Positions 10,816 through 21,259 are shown, counted from the first letter of the stretch. The stretch: 61,980 nt of DNA from Nautiliaceae bacterium (GCA_039831155.1 JBDONT010000035.1:1-61980), one strand, 5' to 3'. The notes: a model not told the origin generated them from the sequence alone. Numbers and translations are program-made.

Positions 10816-11778
10816 ATGAGGAAATCTTTTACTTTAATAGAAATTATTTTCGTTATAATTATATTAAGTTTCGTTTTAATAGGGGGGTTTCAAATTATAG
10901 GTAAGCTTTATTTAAGAAATTATTTGGTAAAACAAACTTCGAAGTTTGAATTTTCTTCTCAGCAGGTGTTGGATGAGTTAAGCGGTATTTTATATAGTAG
11001 AATACCTATTAGCGTTATAGGATATGATCCTATAAAGCACGATTTTAAATATATAGGTTTTATAGAGGATGATAATAATTATACGGTTTTAGAATGGATA
11101 GGATATGCCAAAGATGCTATGGTGGATAGAAATTTAAGCGGTTTTGTAGATTTATATGACAGTGATAGAGACAGTAAAACTATATCGTGTTTGGATTTTA
11201 ATTACTCTTTTGTTCAGGAAGTTATAAATAATAAGTTCAAATATCCTCTTACTAGAGATTTAAACGAAAGTACCGCTATTATTTTTGCCGGAAATTTCGA
11301 TAGGGGAGATGAAGAGGCGTTAAGTGATTATAATGATTCTTTCGGTTGGCACGGTTATAAACACGAGTATCTTTTTACGTTTGAGAAAAATTCATCTGAC
11401 GGGGGAGATGTGAATTTGACTCTTAATAATTTTACTCACGGAAATATTTATGAGAAATTTTATTTAGCGGAAAGTGCTTATGCCGTGGCATTGGTTAAAG
11501 ATTTAAATTCTTCTTTGTTTAATAATTGTAAAGATATAAATTTGTCGCAAGAAGATAATAATACTTTAGTTTTATTTTATAACTACAGACCTTGGCTCGG
11601 GCAAACTTTTTGTGCGGATAATAACGGGACACCGGAAGGAAACGTAACGGTGCTCGCTCATAACGTTAGGTCTTTTAAAATTAAAAAAGTAAATTCTCAT
11701 TTAGAATTGGAAATAGAACTTTTTAAATCTAAAGGGGATATTAATATTTCCGTTTCAAAACAGAAGGTGGCATTTTGA
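10816..11778 (+). CDS. Minor pilin (MshO-like)
   Basis: MRKS|FTLIEIIFVIIILS prepilin motif (start 10807 or 10816); 320 aa; within the pilin run. Confidence 0.8.
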   Translation: MRKSFTLIEIIFVIIILSFVLIGGFQIIGKLYLRNYLVKQTSKFEFSSQQVLDELSGILYSRIPISVIGYDPIKHDFKYIGFIEDDNNYTVLEWIGYAKDAMVDRNLSGFVDLYDSDRDSKTISCLDFNYSFVQEVINNKFKYPLTRDLNESTAIIFAGNFDRGDEEALSDYNDSFGWHGYKHEYLFTFEKNSSDGGDVNLTLNNFTHGNIYEKFYLAESAYAVALVKDLNSSLFNNCKDINLSQEDNNTLVLFYNYRPWLGQTFCADNNGTPEGNVTVLAHNVRSFKIKKVNSHLELEIELFKSKGDINISVSKQKVAF

Positions 11779-12215
11779 AAAAAGGATTCGGTTTAATTTC
11801 GTCTATTATTATTTTACTTTTAGTTTCTACGTTAATGGCGGTGGTTGTTAAAGTGGCTTTTATAAGCGTTAAACATACCAGCGATACTTATTTACAACAA
11901 AGAGCGGAGTTATTTATGCAAAGTGTTACCGAAAACGCTCTTTTAGCTATAGAGGGTTACAATAGAAAAGAGAATAATAATTGTTTGGCTAATATGCATT
12001 TTGTGGATGAAAATAAAAAATTTGAAGCTAATGTAACGGTACTTAGATATTATTGTTATGATACGGATGATTGTCCTTGCGGAAGTTTGACTAAAAAAAT
12101 AAAAACCGATAAATCAAACGGATATGTTTTATTAAAGATAGTTGTCGAAGGAAATGAAACTTTATTGGACGGCAAAAAGATAAGACTCTCTCAAGTAACT
12201 TTACAAAGGCCTTAG
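11775..12215 (+). CDS. Minor pilin lacking Glu5 (MshP/PilX/GspK-like)
   Basis: MKKG|FGLISSIIILLLVS hydrophobic leader without E5; position after the MshO-like gene. Confidence 0.72.
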   Translation: MKKGFGLISSIIILLLVSTLMAVVVKVAFISVKHTSDTYLQQRAELFMQSVTENALLAIEGYNRKENNNCLANMHFVDENKKFEANVTVLRYYCYDTDDCPCGSLTKKIKTDKSNGYVLLKIVVEGNETLLDGKKIRLSQVTLQRP

Positions 12216-12668
12216 ATGAGTAAATCGTTTACTTTAATCGAACTTATTTTTGTATTGGTAATAGGAATCATTTTAATGATAAGCGGGCTTGAGTTTTTAC
12301 CGGATGAAACTTTTACTTCCGATAAACAGATGCTGGAAATGAAAATAATGCAAAAAAAATCGAATGCGTTGGGGTATTATTATACAGGTGAGAATAATTA
12401 TAGTTGTTTGGAAATTAATAAGACTTGGCTTAATGAAGAGGATAATATAAGCGATAAAATACATTATACTTTTAAATCCGATATATCGGTTGTTTCGGGA
12501 TTAAAAAACGGAAATACTATTTGTTTCGATTATTTAGGGAGAATGTATGACGGATATGTCGATGAAAAGTTGACAAATTTAGTAGATACGATTATAATTC
12601 TTAATCTAAAATACAAAAAACACGATGAAAATATAACTCTCTATCCTTTAACTGGAGAAATAAGGTGA
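12216..12668 (+). CDS. Minor pilin (MshC/FimT/GspH-like)
   Basis: MSKS|FTLIELIFVLVIG; ICFDYLGR and I..LTG.I C-terminal motifs of FimT/GspH-like pilins. Confidence 0.78.
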   Translation: MSKSFTLIELIFVLVIGIILMISGLEFLPDETFTSDKQMLEMKIMQKKSNALGYYYTGENNYSCLEINKTWLNEEDNISDKIHYTFKSDISVVSGLKNGNTICFDYLGRMYDGYVDEKLTNLVDTIIILNLKYKKHDENITLYPLTGEIR

Positions 12669-12672
12669 AAAA

Positions 12673-14103
12673 GTGAAAATAGTTTATCTTGCTAAGGATA
12701 AAATTTACGTAAATGAAAACGGTAGAGTTGTTAGGAAAGATTTCGGATTTGAAAAAGGTGTTATAACTTCCATTTTAGAATATAAGCACGTTTTTAATAT
12801 AACTTTTAAACTTCCGAAAAATTTAGATAAAGAGATGTTGGAAATAGAAGCTGAGAAGTATATTTTTACCGAAAGTTCTCTGGATTACACTAAGGATTAT
12901 AAAATTAATTTCTTTTTTAAAGAGTATGAAGATTTTTATAACGTCGAAGCTTTTGTTGTGGATATGGACGTTTTAAAAAGAGAGTATGAAGAGTATTTAA
13001 AAACTTATAAATTTATAGATTTCATAACTCTTAAACCTTTTGTATTCGAAGCGTATTACGATATAGCTAAACTCCCTAAAAAAAGAGATGTTTTTATTTT
13101 TTTTAATGAAGAAGACGCTTTTTTAAGTTGTTTTGTGGACGGAGAGTTTGTATTTGTAAAAAGTTTGAATAAATTAGCTACTTTAGCTAAGGAACTTAAT
13201 TTAAGTATAAAAGATACCGTTGCTTTGTTAAAAGAGAAAGGTTTGGACGTTCAAAATTATGAAGAAAAGGTTCAATTTGAAATAGTGGAATCTTTTTTTT
13301 CTCAGTTTTTTATGAAAGTTAATCATCTTTTAAGTTATGCAAGTAGTTATTATAAAGTGGATAATTTAGAGAGAATGTTTTTTTATTCTTCTTTCGAGAT
13401 TAAGGGGCTTTTTGAAAAATATAAGGAGTTTTGGAATTTAAGCGGAGTTGAATTTAGAGAATATAAAGTAAAAACGGATTATGATAGTTTTGATTATACC
13501 GCTGTGGTTTACAACTCCAAACATTACAAAAACGAAAAAGAAAATTTTTCTATTTTTCCTAGACCTATACCTTTTTACAAGACTCATAGCGGAATTTTGA
13601 TTATACTTATTTTAGTGGTGGGATTAGGGGGAGCCGTTGATGCTTTTTTGAAATATCGTGTTATGTTGGAACAAGAAGAATATATAGTGAAATTAAGAAA
13701 TCAACTTTCTCATAGAAAAAAACAGATTCAGACTTTAAAAGCTTTGATTAACAAATATGATAAACAAATAGCTCTTTTAGAAAGTAAGAATAAAAAACTA
13801 AAATCCGAAATAGAGGATATTTCTAAAAAAATAGATTATTTGCATTCTATTCAAATGAAAAAGCTTAGTGCTAACGAATTGGCGGATTTAGCTTTTGAAT
13901 TGAAAAAATATCATTTAAAACTTTTATCTTTTAAAAAAGAGCAATCTCATATTAAAGTTTCTATTATAAGTGATTTTGATAATTCGGCTGATGTTGCTAA
14001 ATTTATGCAAGGGATGTATAAAAGGGGGTATAAAAATGTTAATTTGGCTAAAATTGAAAACTTTAACGGAATTTATATTTCGGAAGTGAGCTATGATGAA
14101 TAA
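12673..14103 (+). CDS. PilM-PilN/MshI-like alignment protein (cytoplasmic domain, TM, periplasmic coiled coil)
   Basis: Large N-terminal soluble domain, one TM near residue 310, then a coiled coil; occupies the PilM/N position. Confidence 0.6.
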   Translation: MKIVYLAKDKIYVNENGRVVRKDFGFEKGVITSILEYKHVFNITFKLPKNLDKEMLEIEAEKYIFTESSLDYTKDYKINFFFKEYEDFYNVEAFVVDMDVLKREYEEYLKTYKFIDFITLKPFVFEAYYDIAKLPKKRDVFIFFNEEDAFLSCFVDGEFVFVKSLNKLATLAKELNLSIKDTVALLKEKGLDVQNYEEKVQFEIVESFFSQFFMKVNHLLSYASSYYKVDNLERMFFYSSFEIKGLFEKYKEFWNLSGVEFREYKVKTDYDSFDYTAVVYNSKHYKNEKENFSIFPRPIPFYKTHSGILIILILVVGLGGAVDAFLKYRVMLEQEEYIVKLRNQLSHRKKQIQTLKALINKYDKQIALLESKNKKLKSEIEDISKKIDYLHSIQMKKLSANELADLAFELKKYHLKLLSFKKEQSHIKVSIISDFDNSADVAKFMQGMYKRGYKNVNLAKIENFNGIYISEVSYDE

Positions 14104-14701
14104 GTTAGCCGTTTTAAAGAAATTAGAGAATTATCTGGAATCGTTAGATCAAAAAAACAGATTGGTTTTATATGCGTCGGTTATATTTGCAGGTATAATT
14201 CTTTATTATAATATAAATTTATCTTTTTTACAGGATGAAATCGATTATAACGTAAATGTTATAGAAAAATTGAAAAAAGAGATGAAAAGTCCGGGAGTTT
14301 TAAGAGTTAAATTAAAAAAGAAAAAAAAGATACTTAATAAAGTAAAAAAAGAAAACACTTTTTTAAGCGAAAACGTTAAATATTTGAAGATGTTAATTGC
14401 AACTTCGTCGGTATTACATATTAATGAAAATAGTTTTTTAGAAATTTTAAGAAAAGTTCTTTTGCACGCTTCGGAAAACGGAATTACCGCTTCTTATGTA
14501 ATTGATGAAGAAAAAGGGGATTACGTAAGTTATATTATAAATATAAAAGGGGCTTTCGAAAGAAAGAATTTTAAAAATTTTTATGCTTTTATAAGAGATT
14601 TGGAGGCTATTAAAGCTATTAAAAGTATAGATTCTTTAACTTTTTATAAAGTTGAAAATGTAGGTTTTGAGATAAATTGTAAATTTTGGGGTCTTAAATG
14701 A
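14093..14701 (+). CDS. PilO/MshJ-like inner-membrane alignment protein
   Basis: N-terminal TM, coiled coil, C-terminal I.G.F....F..F...LE pattern; gene position. Confidence 0.6.
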   Translation: MMNKLAVLKKLENYLESLDQKNRLVLYASVIFAGIILYYNINLSFLQDEIDYNVNVIEKLKKEMKSPGVLRVKLKKKKKILNKVKKENTFLSENVKYLKMLIATSSVLHINENSFLEILRKVLLHASENGITASYVIDEEKGDYVSYIINIKGAFERKNFKNFYAFIRDLEAIKAIKSIDSLTFYKVENVGFEINCKFWGLK

Positions 14702-15072
14702 AAAAAGCGGTCGTTTTATTAGGGAGTTTACTGTTTGCCGATATTAATAATATTATAACCGAAATTAAAGAAATAGAGTCTTTTAAGCCGCGTTTTAAAC
14801 CTCTTGTAAGATACGATGTGTTTGATGCGGCGAAAGTAATAAAAATAAATAAAAAACAACCTACGATAAAAGCTATAGTTGTAGAACCTAAACTTTATTT
14901 GAAAGCTATATTTAATAAAAAAGCTAATATAAACGGTAAATGGGTAAAGGTTGGGGATGAAATAGGGGGTTATAGAGTGATTAGAGTGGATGCGAACGGA
15001 GTTTTGTTACAAAAATTTAGAAAAAGATTATATTTGAGAGTCAAAATATCAGTAATAAAGGTTGTGAAATGA
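14698..15072 (+). CDS. MshK/PilP/CtsR-like periplasmic protein
   Basis: Signal peptide; L.AIFN.KA.ING.WVKVGD.IGGY.V..V motif; directly upstream of the secretin. Confidence 0.7.
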   Translation: MKKAVVLLGSLLFADINNIITEIKEIESFKPRFKPLVRYDVFDAAKVIKINKKQPTIKAIVVEPKLYLKAIFNKKANINGKWVKVGDEIGGYRVIRVDANGVLLQKFRKRLYLRVKISVIKVVK

Positions 15073-16415
15073 AGAAAATATTATTATTAATATTAGGGAC
15101 GTTTTTGTTTGCGGGGGTATGTGATAAGAGGCTTTTTAATCTTCATATTACACAAGGGGTACAATTAAAATCTATTCTTTCGGATTTAGTTAATGAATGT
15201 CAATTAAACGTAGTTTTAAAAGACAATATTTCTAGTAGATTGATTAATAAAAATATAGAATTGATTAATGTAAAAGACGTGACTTTAAAAGAACTTTTGA
15301 ATATTATATTTCAACATGCTAATCTGTTTTACGAAATGAAAAACAATACTATTTACGTGTCTTATACTAAGACTAAAACTTTTAAAGTGGATTTTATTCC
15401 TAATACTGTAACCGGAATTTCAAATATAGATTCTACCGATAATAGTGTAGTTAATAACTATAAATTTGATTTTTGGAGCGATTTACAAGCTAATATAGTA
15501 CAAATTTTAAGAAATGTGGATGAGAATTTTAAAAAGCCGGTAATAGATAAAAATTCCGGACTTATAAGTGTAACAGGTAATAGAGCTCAAATAAATGAAG
15601 TTGCAAAGTATATTAAAGAATTGAATGAAAGATTGCATAAGCAAGTATTGATAGATGTAAAGATATATACCGTTACGCTTTCTAAGTCTCATCAAACCGG
15701 TATCGATTGGTCTAAACTTTCCGTTACTTTACCTACTACTTCCGTGCCTCTTAGAGGAACTAATATTTTAGGTAAAAATACCGTGTTTAAAAACGCTACT
15801 TTCGATATAAGCGGTTTTTTAAACTTCTTATCTCAAAATGGAGATGTGAACTCCATATCAAATCCTAAAATCGTAACGCTTAATAATCAAAAAGCTTTAA
15901 TCAGCGTAGGGGATACTATTTATTATAAGTATGCTTCTCAAGTGGAAAATAACGATAACGGAAATCCTACCACTACTTATACTATAGATAGTAAATTTGT
16001 AGGAGTTTTACTTGATATAACACCTCAAATTAGTGATAACGGAGAGATAATTTTAAGTATTAATCCTAGAATAAGCTCTTTTAAAGATACTTCTCAATTA
16101 TCTAATATAAATAGAGATATGCCTCCTGATACTCAAGAAAACACTATGATAAGCGTTGTTAAACTAAAAGATAACGATACTTTAGTTTTAGGCGGATTAA
16201 TTACTGACGATAGGGCTTTAAAAGTAAACGGAGTACCGGTTTTAAAAGAAATTCCTTTAATTAAATATCTTTTTTCTTCTAAAGAAAAGGTTACTAATAA
16301 AAAAGAATTGGTATTCGTAATTACTCCTCATATTATTAATTTAGATAAAAAAGTACGTTTAAAAGATTACGGATTTAAAAAATTACCTACTTTAGAGGAA
16401 TTAGATGTTAAATGA
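15069..16415 (+). CDS. mshL: Outer-membrane secretin (MshL/CtsD-like)
   Basis: QVLIDVKI, GIDWS, SNPKIVTLNNQKALISVG, GVLLDITPQI, LVLGGLI, VPVLKEIPLI..LF, ELVFVITPHII. Confidence 0.92.
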   Translation: MKKILLLILGTFLFAGVCDKRLFNLHITQGVQLKSILSDLVNECQLNVVLKDNISSRLINKNIELINVKDVTLKELLNIIFQHANLFYEMKNNTIYVSYTKTKTFKVDFIPNTVTGISNIDSTDNSVVNNYKFDFWSDLQANIVQILRNVDENFKKPVIDKNSGLISVTGNRAQINEVAKYIKELNERLHKQVLIDVKIYTVTLSKSHQTGIDWSKLSVTLPTTSVPLRGTNILGKNTVFKNATFDISGFLNFLSQNGDVNSISNPKIVTLNNQKALISVGDTIYYKYASQVENNDNGNPTTTYTIDSKFVGVLLDITPQISDNGEIILSINPRISSFKDTSQLSNINRDMPPDTQENTMISVVKLKDNDTLVLGGLITDDRALKVNGVPVLKEIPLIKYLFSSKEKVTNKKELVFVITPHIINLDKKVRLKDYGFKKLPTLEELDVK

Positions 16416-17088
16416 TTTAATAGAAGCTTTTAGGGATAAAATCGATATAAACGATTTTTTTAGTTATCTTAATTTCGAAATGGTAAAAGAGGAACTCATT
16501 TCCTCTAAAAGTAATATTATTTTTCTTTTAGGTGCTCCCGGAATAGGGAAAAGTTATATGCTTGCTTTATTAAAAGCTAAATATCCTCAAAGTTATGTTC
16601 TACAAAAAGCACCGTTTTTAAGTAAAGAAGAGTTTTTAGAAACTCATAAGGATTTAGAAAATAAAACCGTTTTAATAGATGAAGCTCAACTTTTATCATT
16701 AGAGATGATAGAGTTTTTAAGAATTTTAAGTGATGAAGGTAATAGAATAATTTTGAGTATGCATGAAAAAGAAGGTGAAGAAATAGCTTCTTTACCTCAA
16801 TTTAATTCCAGATATACTCAAAAAATATATATGAAACCTTTAACTAAAGAAGAATTTGAAAAATATGTGATGTCAAAATTTATAGAAAAAAGAAGGTTTG
16901 ATTTAATAGATAAAAAAGGAATAAAAAAAATTTATAAATTTTCAAAGGGTAATTTCAGATTATCTAAAAAATTTGTGTTTACGTGTTTGAATTTGTTAAA
17001 TTATTCTTTTAATAACTCTTTAAAATATACTAAAATAGACAATTGCATTATAGAAATGAGTGCTATTGAATTGGGACTTTTAAAATGA
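16405..17088 (+). CDS. AAA ATPase (MshM/CtsP/ExeA-like)
   Basis: Walker A GAPGIGKS, Walker B LIDEAQ, S.GN.R; follows the secretin. Confidence 0.82.
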   Translation: MLNDLIEAFRDKIDINDFFSYLNFEMVKEELISSKSNIIFLLGAPGIGKSYMLALLKAKYPQSYVLQKAPFLSKEEFLETHKDLENKTVLIDEAQLLSLEMIEFLRILSDEGNRIILSMHEKEGEEIASLPQFNSRYTQKIYMKPLTKEEFEKYVMSKFIEKRRFDLIDKKGIKKIYKFSKGNFRLSKKFVFTCLNLLNYSFNNSLKYTKIDNCIIEMSAIELGLLK

Positions 17089-17735
17089 CTTTTTTAGAAT
17101 TGGAAAAAAAATGTAAAGAAAGAAGGCTGAAGCGAAAAATTGTTATTTTTTTTATTTTAATATTTTTAATAAGCGGAGCGGGAATTATTTATTTTATCGG
17201 ATTTAAAAATATCTATGTGAATAACAAATCTTTAAATAATGTTAAGTTGATTAATAAAACTTCGAATTCCGCATATAAACTTAAGCTTAATAAAATAGAA
17301 ATTAAAAAACAAAAATTTGAATATTCTTCTACGAAAGTTACGAAAAATCAACAGATATTACTTCCGGATTTAAGTTTCGAATTTCCTAAAACTTTAAAAA
17401 CTTTAAAACAAAAACCTAAACGAGAAGAAATTAAAAACAAAAATGAAATATCTAAGAAAAAAAGTTCTTTTTTAAATAGCGATGTACTTCCTTCTTATAA
17501 AGAATGTATTCGTTTAGCTAAAAAATTTTATAATAAAAAAGATTATGAAAATGCTTTAAAATGGGCTAAAAACGCTAATATGCAAAATAATAAAAAAGAA
17601 GATTCTTGGATTATTACGGCTTTGTCTTTATATAAAATAGGTAAAAAGGAAGAAGCGGTAAAAGTTTTGAGAATATATTATAATTATAATAAAAGTGAAA
17701 AGATAAAAAAACTTTTAAAGGAGTTGAATGAATAA
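17085..17735 (+). CDS. Membrane-anchored TPR protein (MshN/CtsX-like)
   Basis: N-terminal TM; C-terminal TPR-like LAKKFY..KDYENALKWA..A....SWII.A.SLYKIGKKEEA..L. Confidence 0.75.
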   Translation: MTFLELEKKCKERRLKRKIVIFFILIFLISGAGIIYFIGFKNIYVNNKSLNNVKLINKTSNSAYKLKLNKIEIKKQKFEYSSTKVTKNQQILLPDLSFEFPKTLKTLKQKPKREEIKNKNEISKKKSSFLNSDVLPSYKECIRLAKKFYNKKDYENALKWAKNANMQNNKKEDSWIITALSLYKIGKKEEAVKVLRIYYNYNKSEKIKKLLKELNE

Positions 17736-18237
17736 GTTGAGTTTAATTTTATTATTTTTCGTAACTTTATCTTATGCCGGAATAGTTGAAGATTTTATGA
17801 ATAACAAATATGCGAAAATTTGCAATTTTAATAATATCAGAACATATCTTAAAGATGAAAAAATGTTGAGTATTATAGGGGTTTCTTGCGTGAGAAGCGA
17901 TAAACTTTTTTTGTTGCCTTTTATCGTGAATAAATTGAAAAAAACTTCATACGGTAGAAAAAACGCTATTTATTTCGTTACTATTTTTATGGAAAAGAAA
18001 CTTTTATATTCTTATTTGTTTGATGGTTTTGACATTAATAGTTTTTCGTTTCCTAAAACAGATTATGTTTTATCTATTGTTTTTGATGCCGTTAAAAATA
18101 AAAAATATGTAAGAAAAAATAATTTTATTATCGTAAATAATAAAAATATCTCTTACTATATTTATAAAAAAAATGATAAAATGATAATTGATAAATTTGA
18201 AGGAGATAAACTAATAAAAAGGTATTGGTACAGATGA
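17728..18237 (+). CDS. Hypothetical exported protein in the pilus operon
   Basis: Signal peptide ending SYA; overlaps both neighbours; AAGGAG RBS. Confidence 0.7.
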   Translation: MNKLSLILLFFVTLSYAGIVEDFMNNKYAKICNFNNIRTYLKDEKMLSIIGVSCVRSDKLFLLPFIVNKLKKTSYGRKNAIYFVTIFMEKKLLYSYLFDGFDINSFSFPKTDYVLSIVFDAVKNKKYVRKNNFIIVNNKNISYYIYKKNDKMIIDKFEGDKLIKRYWYR

Positions 18238-19907
18238 TTAGACAAAAAATAAAATTAGGGGATTTATTAATAAATGAAAAAATAATTAAACCGGAAGAAC
18301 TTGAAGTAGCTTTAAAAAAACAACAAGAGTATAAAGCGGTAGGTAATTATAAAAAATTAGGAGAAATTTTAATAGAACTTGGATTTGCAACCGAAAAGCA
18401 AATTTTGGAAATTTTGTCGAGTCAGTTGGGATTTCCTTTTGTAGACTTATACGGAGAGCAAATAGATTACGATTTTATAGCGTCGTTTCCTATTTCTTTA
18501 ATAGAAAGATATCATCTTGTTCCTTTTAAACAAGAGGATAATTATATTTATGTAGCGACTGCCGACCCTTTGGATTATGATGCTATCGAACTTTTTGAAA
18601 AATTTTCACCGGCACCTCTTAAGATTTTTATAGCTTTAAGTAAAGATATTCAAATAGTAATAGACAGGTTAAAAATTAAACTTTCTCAAAAAGAACTTAT
18701 CGATAAAGTAAAAAAAGAACTTAAAAGCGGTGGTAGTGAAAATATTAGTGCCATTGACGAACTTTTGGATTTGATTTTGGAAAACGCTATTAAAGAAAGA
18801 GCGACGGATTTACATATAGAACCTTTAAAATATGATTTTTCGGTAAGAGTGAGGGTGGATGGTGTTTTGCATGAGAGTTTTTCTTTTGAAAAAGATATTT
18901 ATTATCCTTTGGTATCTAAAGTAAAACTTCTTGCGAGTATGGATATTAGTGAAAAAAGAAAACCTCAAGACGGTCGTTTTACTAAAAAATTCCATTTGCA
19001 TACTTATGATTTTAGGGTTTCCACCACGCCTACTTTACATGGGGAGAGTGTCGTTTTAAGGATTTTGGACCAAGAAAAAATTCTACTTAGAATGGTAGAA
19101 TTGGGAATGAGCGAATATAACTTAAAAAGATTCGAAAAGTTAATTCATACGCCTTATGGAATAGTGTTTGTAACAGGACCTACCGGAAGTGGTAAAACAA
19201 CAACTTTATATGCGGCTTTGAATGAAATTAAAGGAGTTGATAAAAAGATTATTACGGTTGAAGACCCTATAGAATATGAAATTCCTTTAATTCAGCAAAT
19301 ACCGGTGAATCATAAAATAGGATTTGAGTATTCGGTGGCTTTAAGAAGTATTTTAAGACAAGACCCGGATATCATTATGATAGGTGAGGTTAGGGATAAA
19401 GAAACTTTAGAAGCTGCTATTCAAGCTTCATTAACGGGGCATTTGGTTTTAGCCACTTTACATACCAATGACGCTCCTAGTGCGATTACGAGAATGATTC
19501 AAATGGGTGCCGAAAATTATATGGTCGCCGATTCTTTAGTGGGAGTTGTGGCCCAAAGACTTGTAAGAAGAATTTGTCCTCATTGTAAAACGGAATATTA
19601 TCCTTCTAAAGAAGAATTGGAAATTATTAAACCTTATTTAAAAGAAGAGATTACTTTTTATAAGGGAGAAGGTTGTAAGGAGTGCGGATTTACAGGTTAT
19701 TTAGGGAGAGAAATGGTTAGTGAGGTATTGGTGGTAAATGATGTTATTTCTCATATGATTGCTATTAATAAAGATAAATTGGAAATTTTGGAAACAGCTA
19801 AAAGATTCGGATTTACAACTATGATAGAAGATGCTATTAATAAAATTAAAACGGGTGTTACTACATTAAAAGAAGTATTAAGGGTGGTAAAAGTTGATGT
19901 ATTTTAA
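18234..19907 (+). CDS. mshE: Pilus extension ATPase (MshE/PilB/GspE/CtsE family) with N-terminal MshEN-like domain
   Basis: GPTGSGKTTTLY, TVEDPIEY, LRQDPDIIMIGEVRD, TGHLVLATLHTND, Zn CxxC pairs; tandem KLG..L N-terminal motifs. Confidence 0.92.
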   Translation: MIRQKIKLGDLLINEKIIKPEELEVALKKQQEYKAVGNYKKLGEILIELGFATEKQILEILSSQLGFPFVDLYGEQIDYDFIASFPISLIERYHLVPFKQEDNYIYVATADPLDYDAIELFEKFSPAPLKIFIALSKDIQIVIDRLKIKLSQKELIDKVKKELKSGGSENISAIDELLDLILENAIKERATDLHIEPLKYDFSVRVRVDGVLHESFSFEKDIYYPLVSKVKLLASMDISEKRKPQDGRFTKKFHLHTYDFRVSTTPTLHGESVVLRILDQEKILLRMVELGMSEYNLKRFEKLIHTPYGIVFVTGPTGSGKTTTLYAALNEIKGVDKKIITVEDPIEYEIPLIQQIPVNHKIGFEYSVALRSILRQDPDIIMIGEVRDKETLEAAIQASLTGHLVLATLHTNDAPSAITRMIQMGAENYMVADSLVGVVAQRLVRRICPHCKTEYYPSKEELEIIKPYLKEEITFYKGEGCKECGFTGYLGREMVSEVLVVNDVISHMIAINKDKLEILETAKRFGFTTMIEDAINKIKTGVTTLKEVLRVVKVDVF

Positions 19908-21114
19908 GATTGAATATATTTCAAAAGGAAAAATACAAGAAATTATTATTCCGGCGAAAAATCCGCTTGAAGCCGTTAGAAAGTTTAGAGCTAGGAAGTT
20001 GGGTATATTTAGAAATATGGAGATTATAGAAAAAAAATCTTTTTTGGAAGAACTTGGAGATAAGCTTAATCTTTCCAAAATAGACTTGGAAGAGTATATA
20101 AGTATTCTTGACCAAATGTATGTAATGCTTGATGCGGGACTTGCTATTGATGCGGTAGTTGTCGATATAAAAGACAATATTAAAAATAAAAAACTGAAAA
20201 AAATTTTTAATTCTATTGCGAACGATATTAAAGCCGGACTTTCTTTAACGGCGGCTTTTGAAAAATTTGAAAAGGAGTTGGGTAAATTAACGGTTTCACT
20301 TATAAAGTTGGGAGAAGAAACCGGGGATATAGCAATGGCTATAAAAGATTTATCCATTATTTTATACGAAATTTTAGATAATAGAAAAAGACTTAAAAAA
20401 GCTACAAGATATCCTATTTTTATAGTTTTTGCTATGAGTATAGCATTTGTAATTGTTATTTTATTTGTTATTCCTCCTTTTAAATCTTTATTTGCCGAAT
20501 TAAAAAGTGAACTTCCTCTACCTACTAAATTTTTAATATGGGTTGAATCGGCTCTTGAAACTTATGGAGTTTATACGTTGGTAGGAGCGGTAATTATTTT
20601 CGGTATTATCAATTTACTTTATAATAAATCGGAAAGAATGAAACTTTTTATGGATAAATTGCTTTTAAAAGTATATATTGTAGGGCCGGTTATTAAACTT
20701 GCTATGATAGGAAGGTTTGTTTACGTTTTACAAAGACTTATAGAATCGGGTATTCCTATTTTGGATGCGGTTGATATCGCTTTGAATATTATAGAAAACT
20801 CATATATAAAACAACAATTTATGCATATTAAAAATTCGATTGTTACGGGAGGGACTATTAAGCAAGGATTTGAGGATACTAAAATGTTTGAAAATATGGC
20901 GGTTCAAATGGTAGGAGCCGGCGAAGAGTCAGGAGCATTGGTTTTAATGCTTCAAAAGGTAAGTAAATATTATATGGAAAAATACAGATTTTTAGTTGAA
21001 AATATCTCGGTATTGATAGAACCGATTTTAATTGCTGCGATTGCAGGATTCGTAATTACTTTAGCCCTTGGTATATTCTTACCAATGTGGAGTTTAACCC
21101 AAGCGGCACAATAG
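19894..21114 (+). CDS. mshG: Inner-membrane platform protein (MshG/PilC/GspF/CtsF family)
   Basis: Two GspF domains (GEETG / GEESG), A.RYP, IEPILI, LGIFLPMW. Confidence 0.92.
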   Translation: MMYFKIEYISKGKIQEIIIPAKNPLEAVRKFRARKLGIFRNMEIIEKKSFLEELGDKLNLSKIDLEEYISILDQMYVMLDAGLAIDAVVVDIKDNIKNKKLKKIFNSIANDIKAGLSLTAAFEKFEKELGKLTVSLIKLGEETGDIAMAIKDLSIILYEILDNRKRLKKATRYPIFIVFAMSIAFVIVILFVIPPFKSLFAELKSELPLPTKFLIWVESALETYGVYTLVGAVIIFGIINLLYNKSERMKLFMDKLLLKVYIVGPVIKLAMIGRFVYVLQRLIESGIPILDAVDIALNIIENSYIKQQFMHIKNSIVTGGTIKQGFEDTKMFENMAVQMVGAGEESGALVLMLQKVSKYYMEKYRFLVENISVLIEPILIAAIAGFVITLALGIFLPMWSLTQAAQ

Positions 21115-21122
21115 GAGATAAT

Positions 21123-21218
21123 GTGGGAATAGAAACAGGCAGTATAGCGACAGCGATAGTAAGTATGTTTATTTTAGGTTTTATTTTATGGGTTGTGCAT
21201 AAAATTTCAAATATATAA
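21123..21218 (+). CDS. Small (31 aa) single-TM protein, not in ORF track
   Basis: AGGAG at 21113-21117, GTG start 5 nt later; MGIETGSIATAIVSMFILGFILWVVHKISNI*. Confidence 0.6.
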   Translation: MGIETGSIATAIVSMFILGFILWVVHKISNI

Positions 21219-21259
21219 AAATGAAATTTTTATAATTTTTTTGTAAAATTTTCACTACA

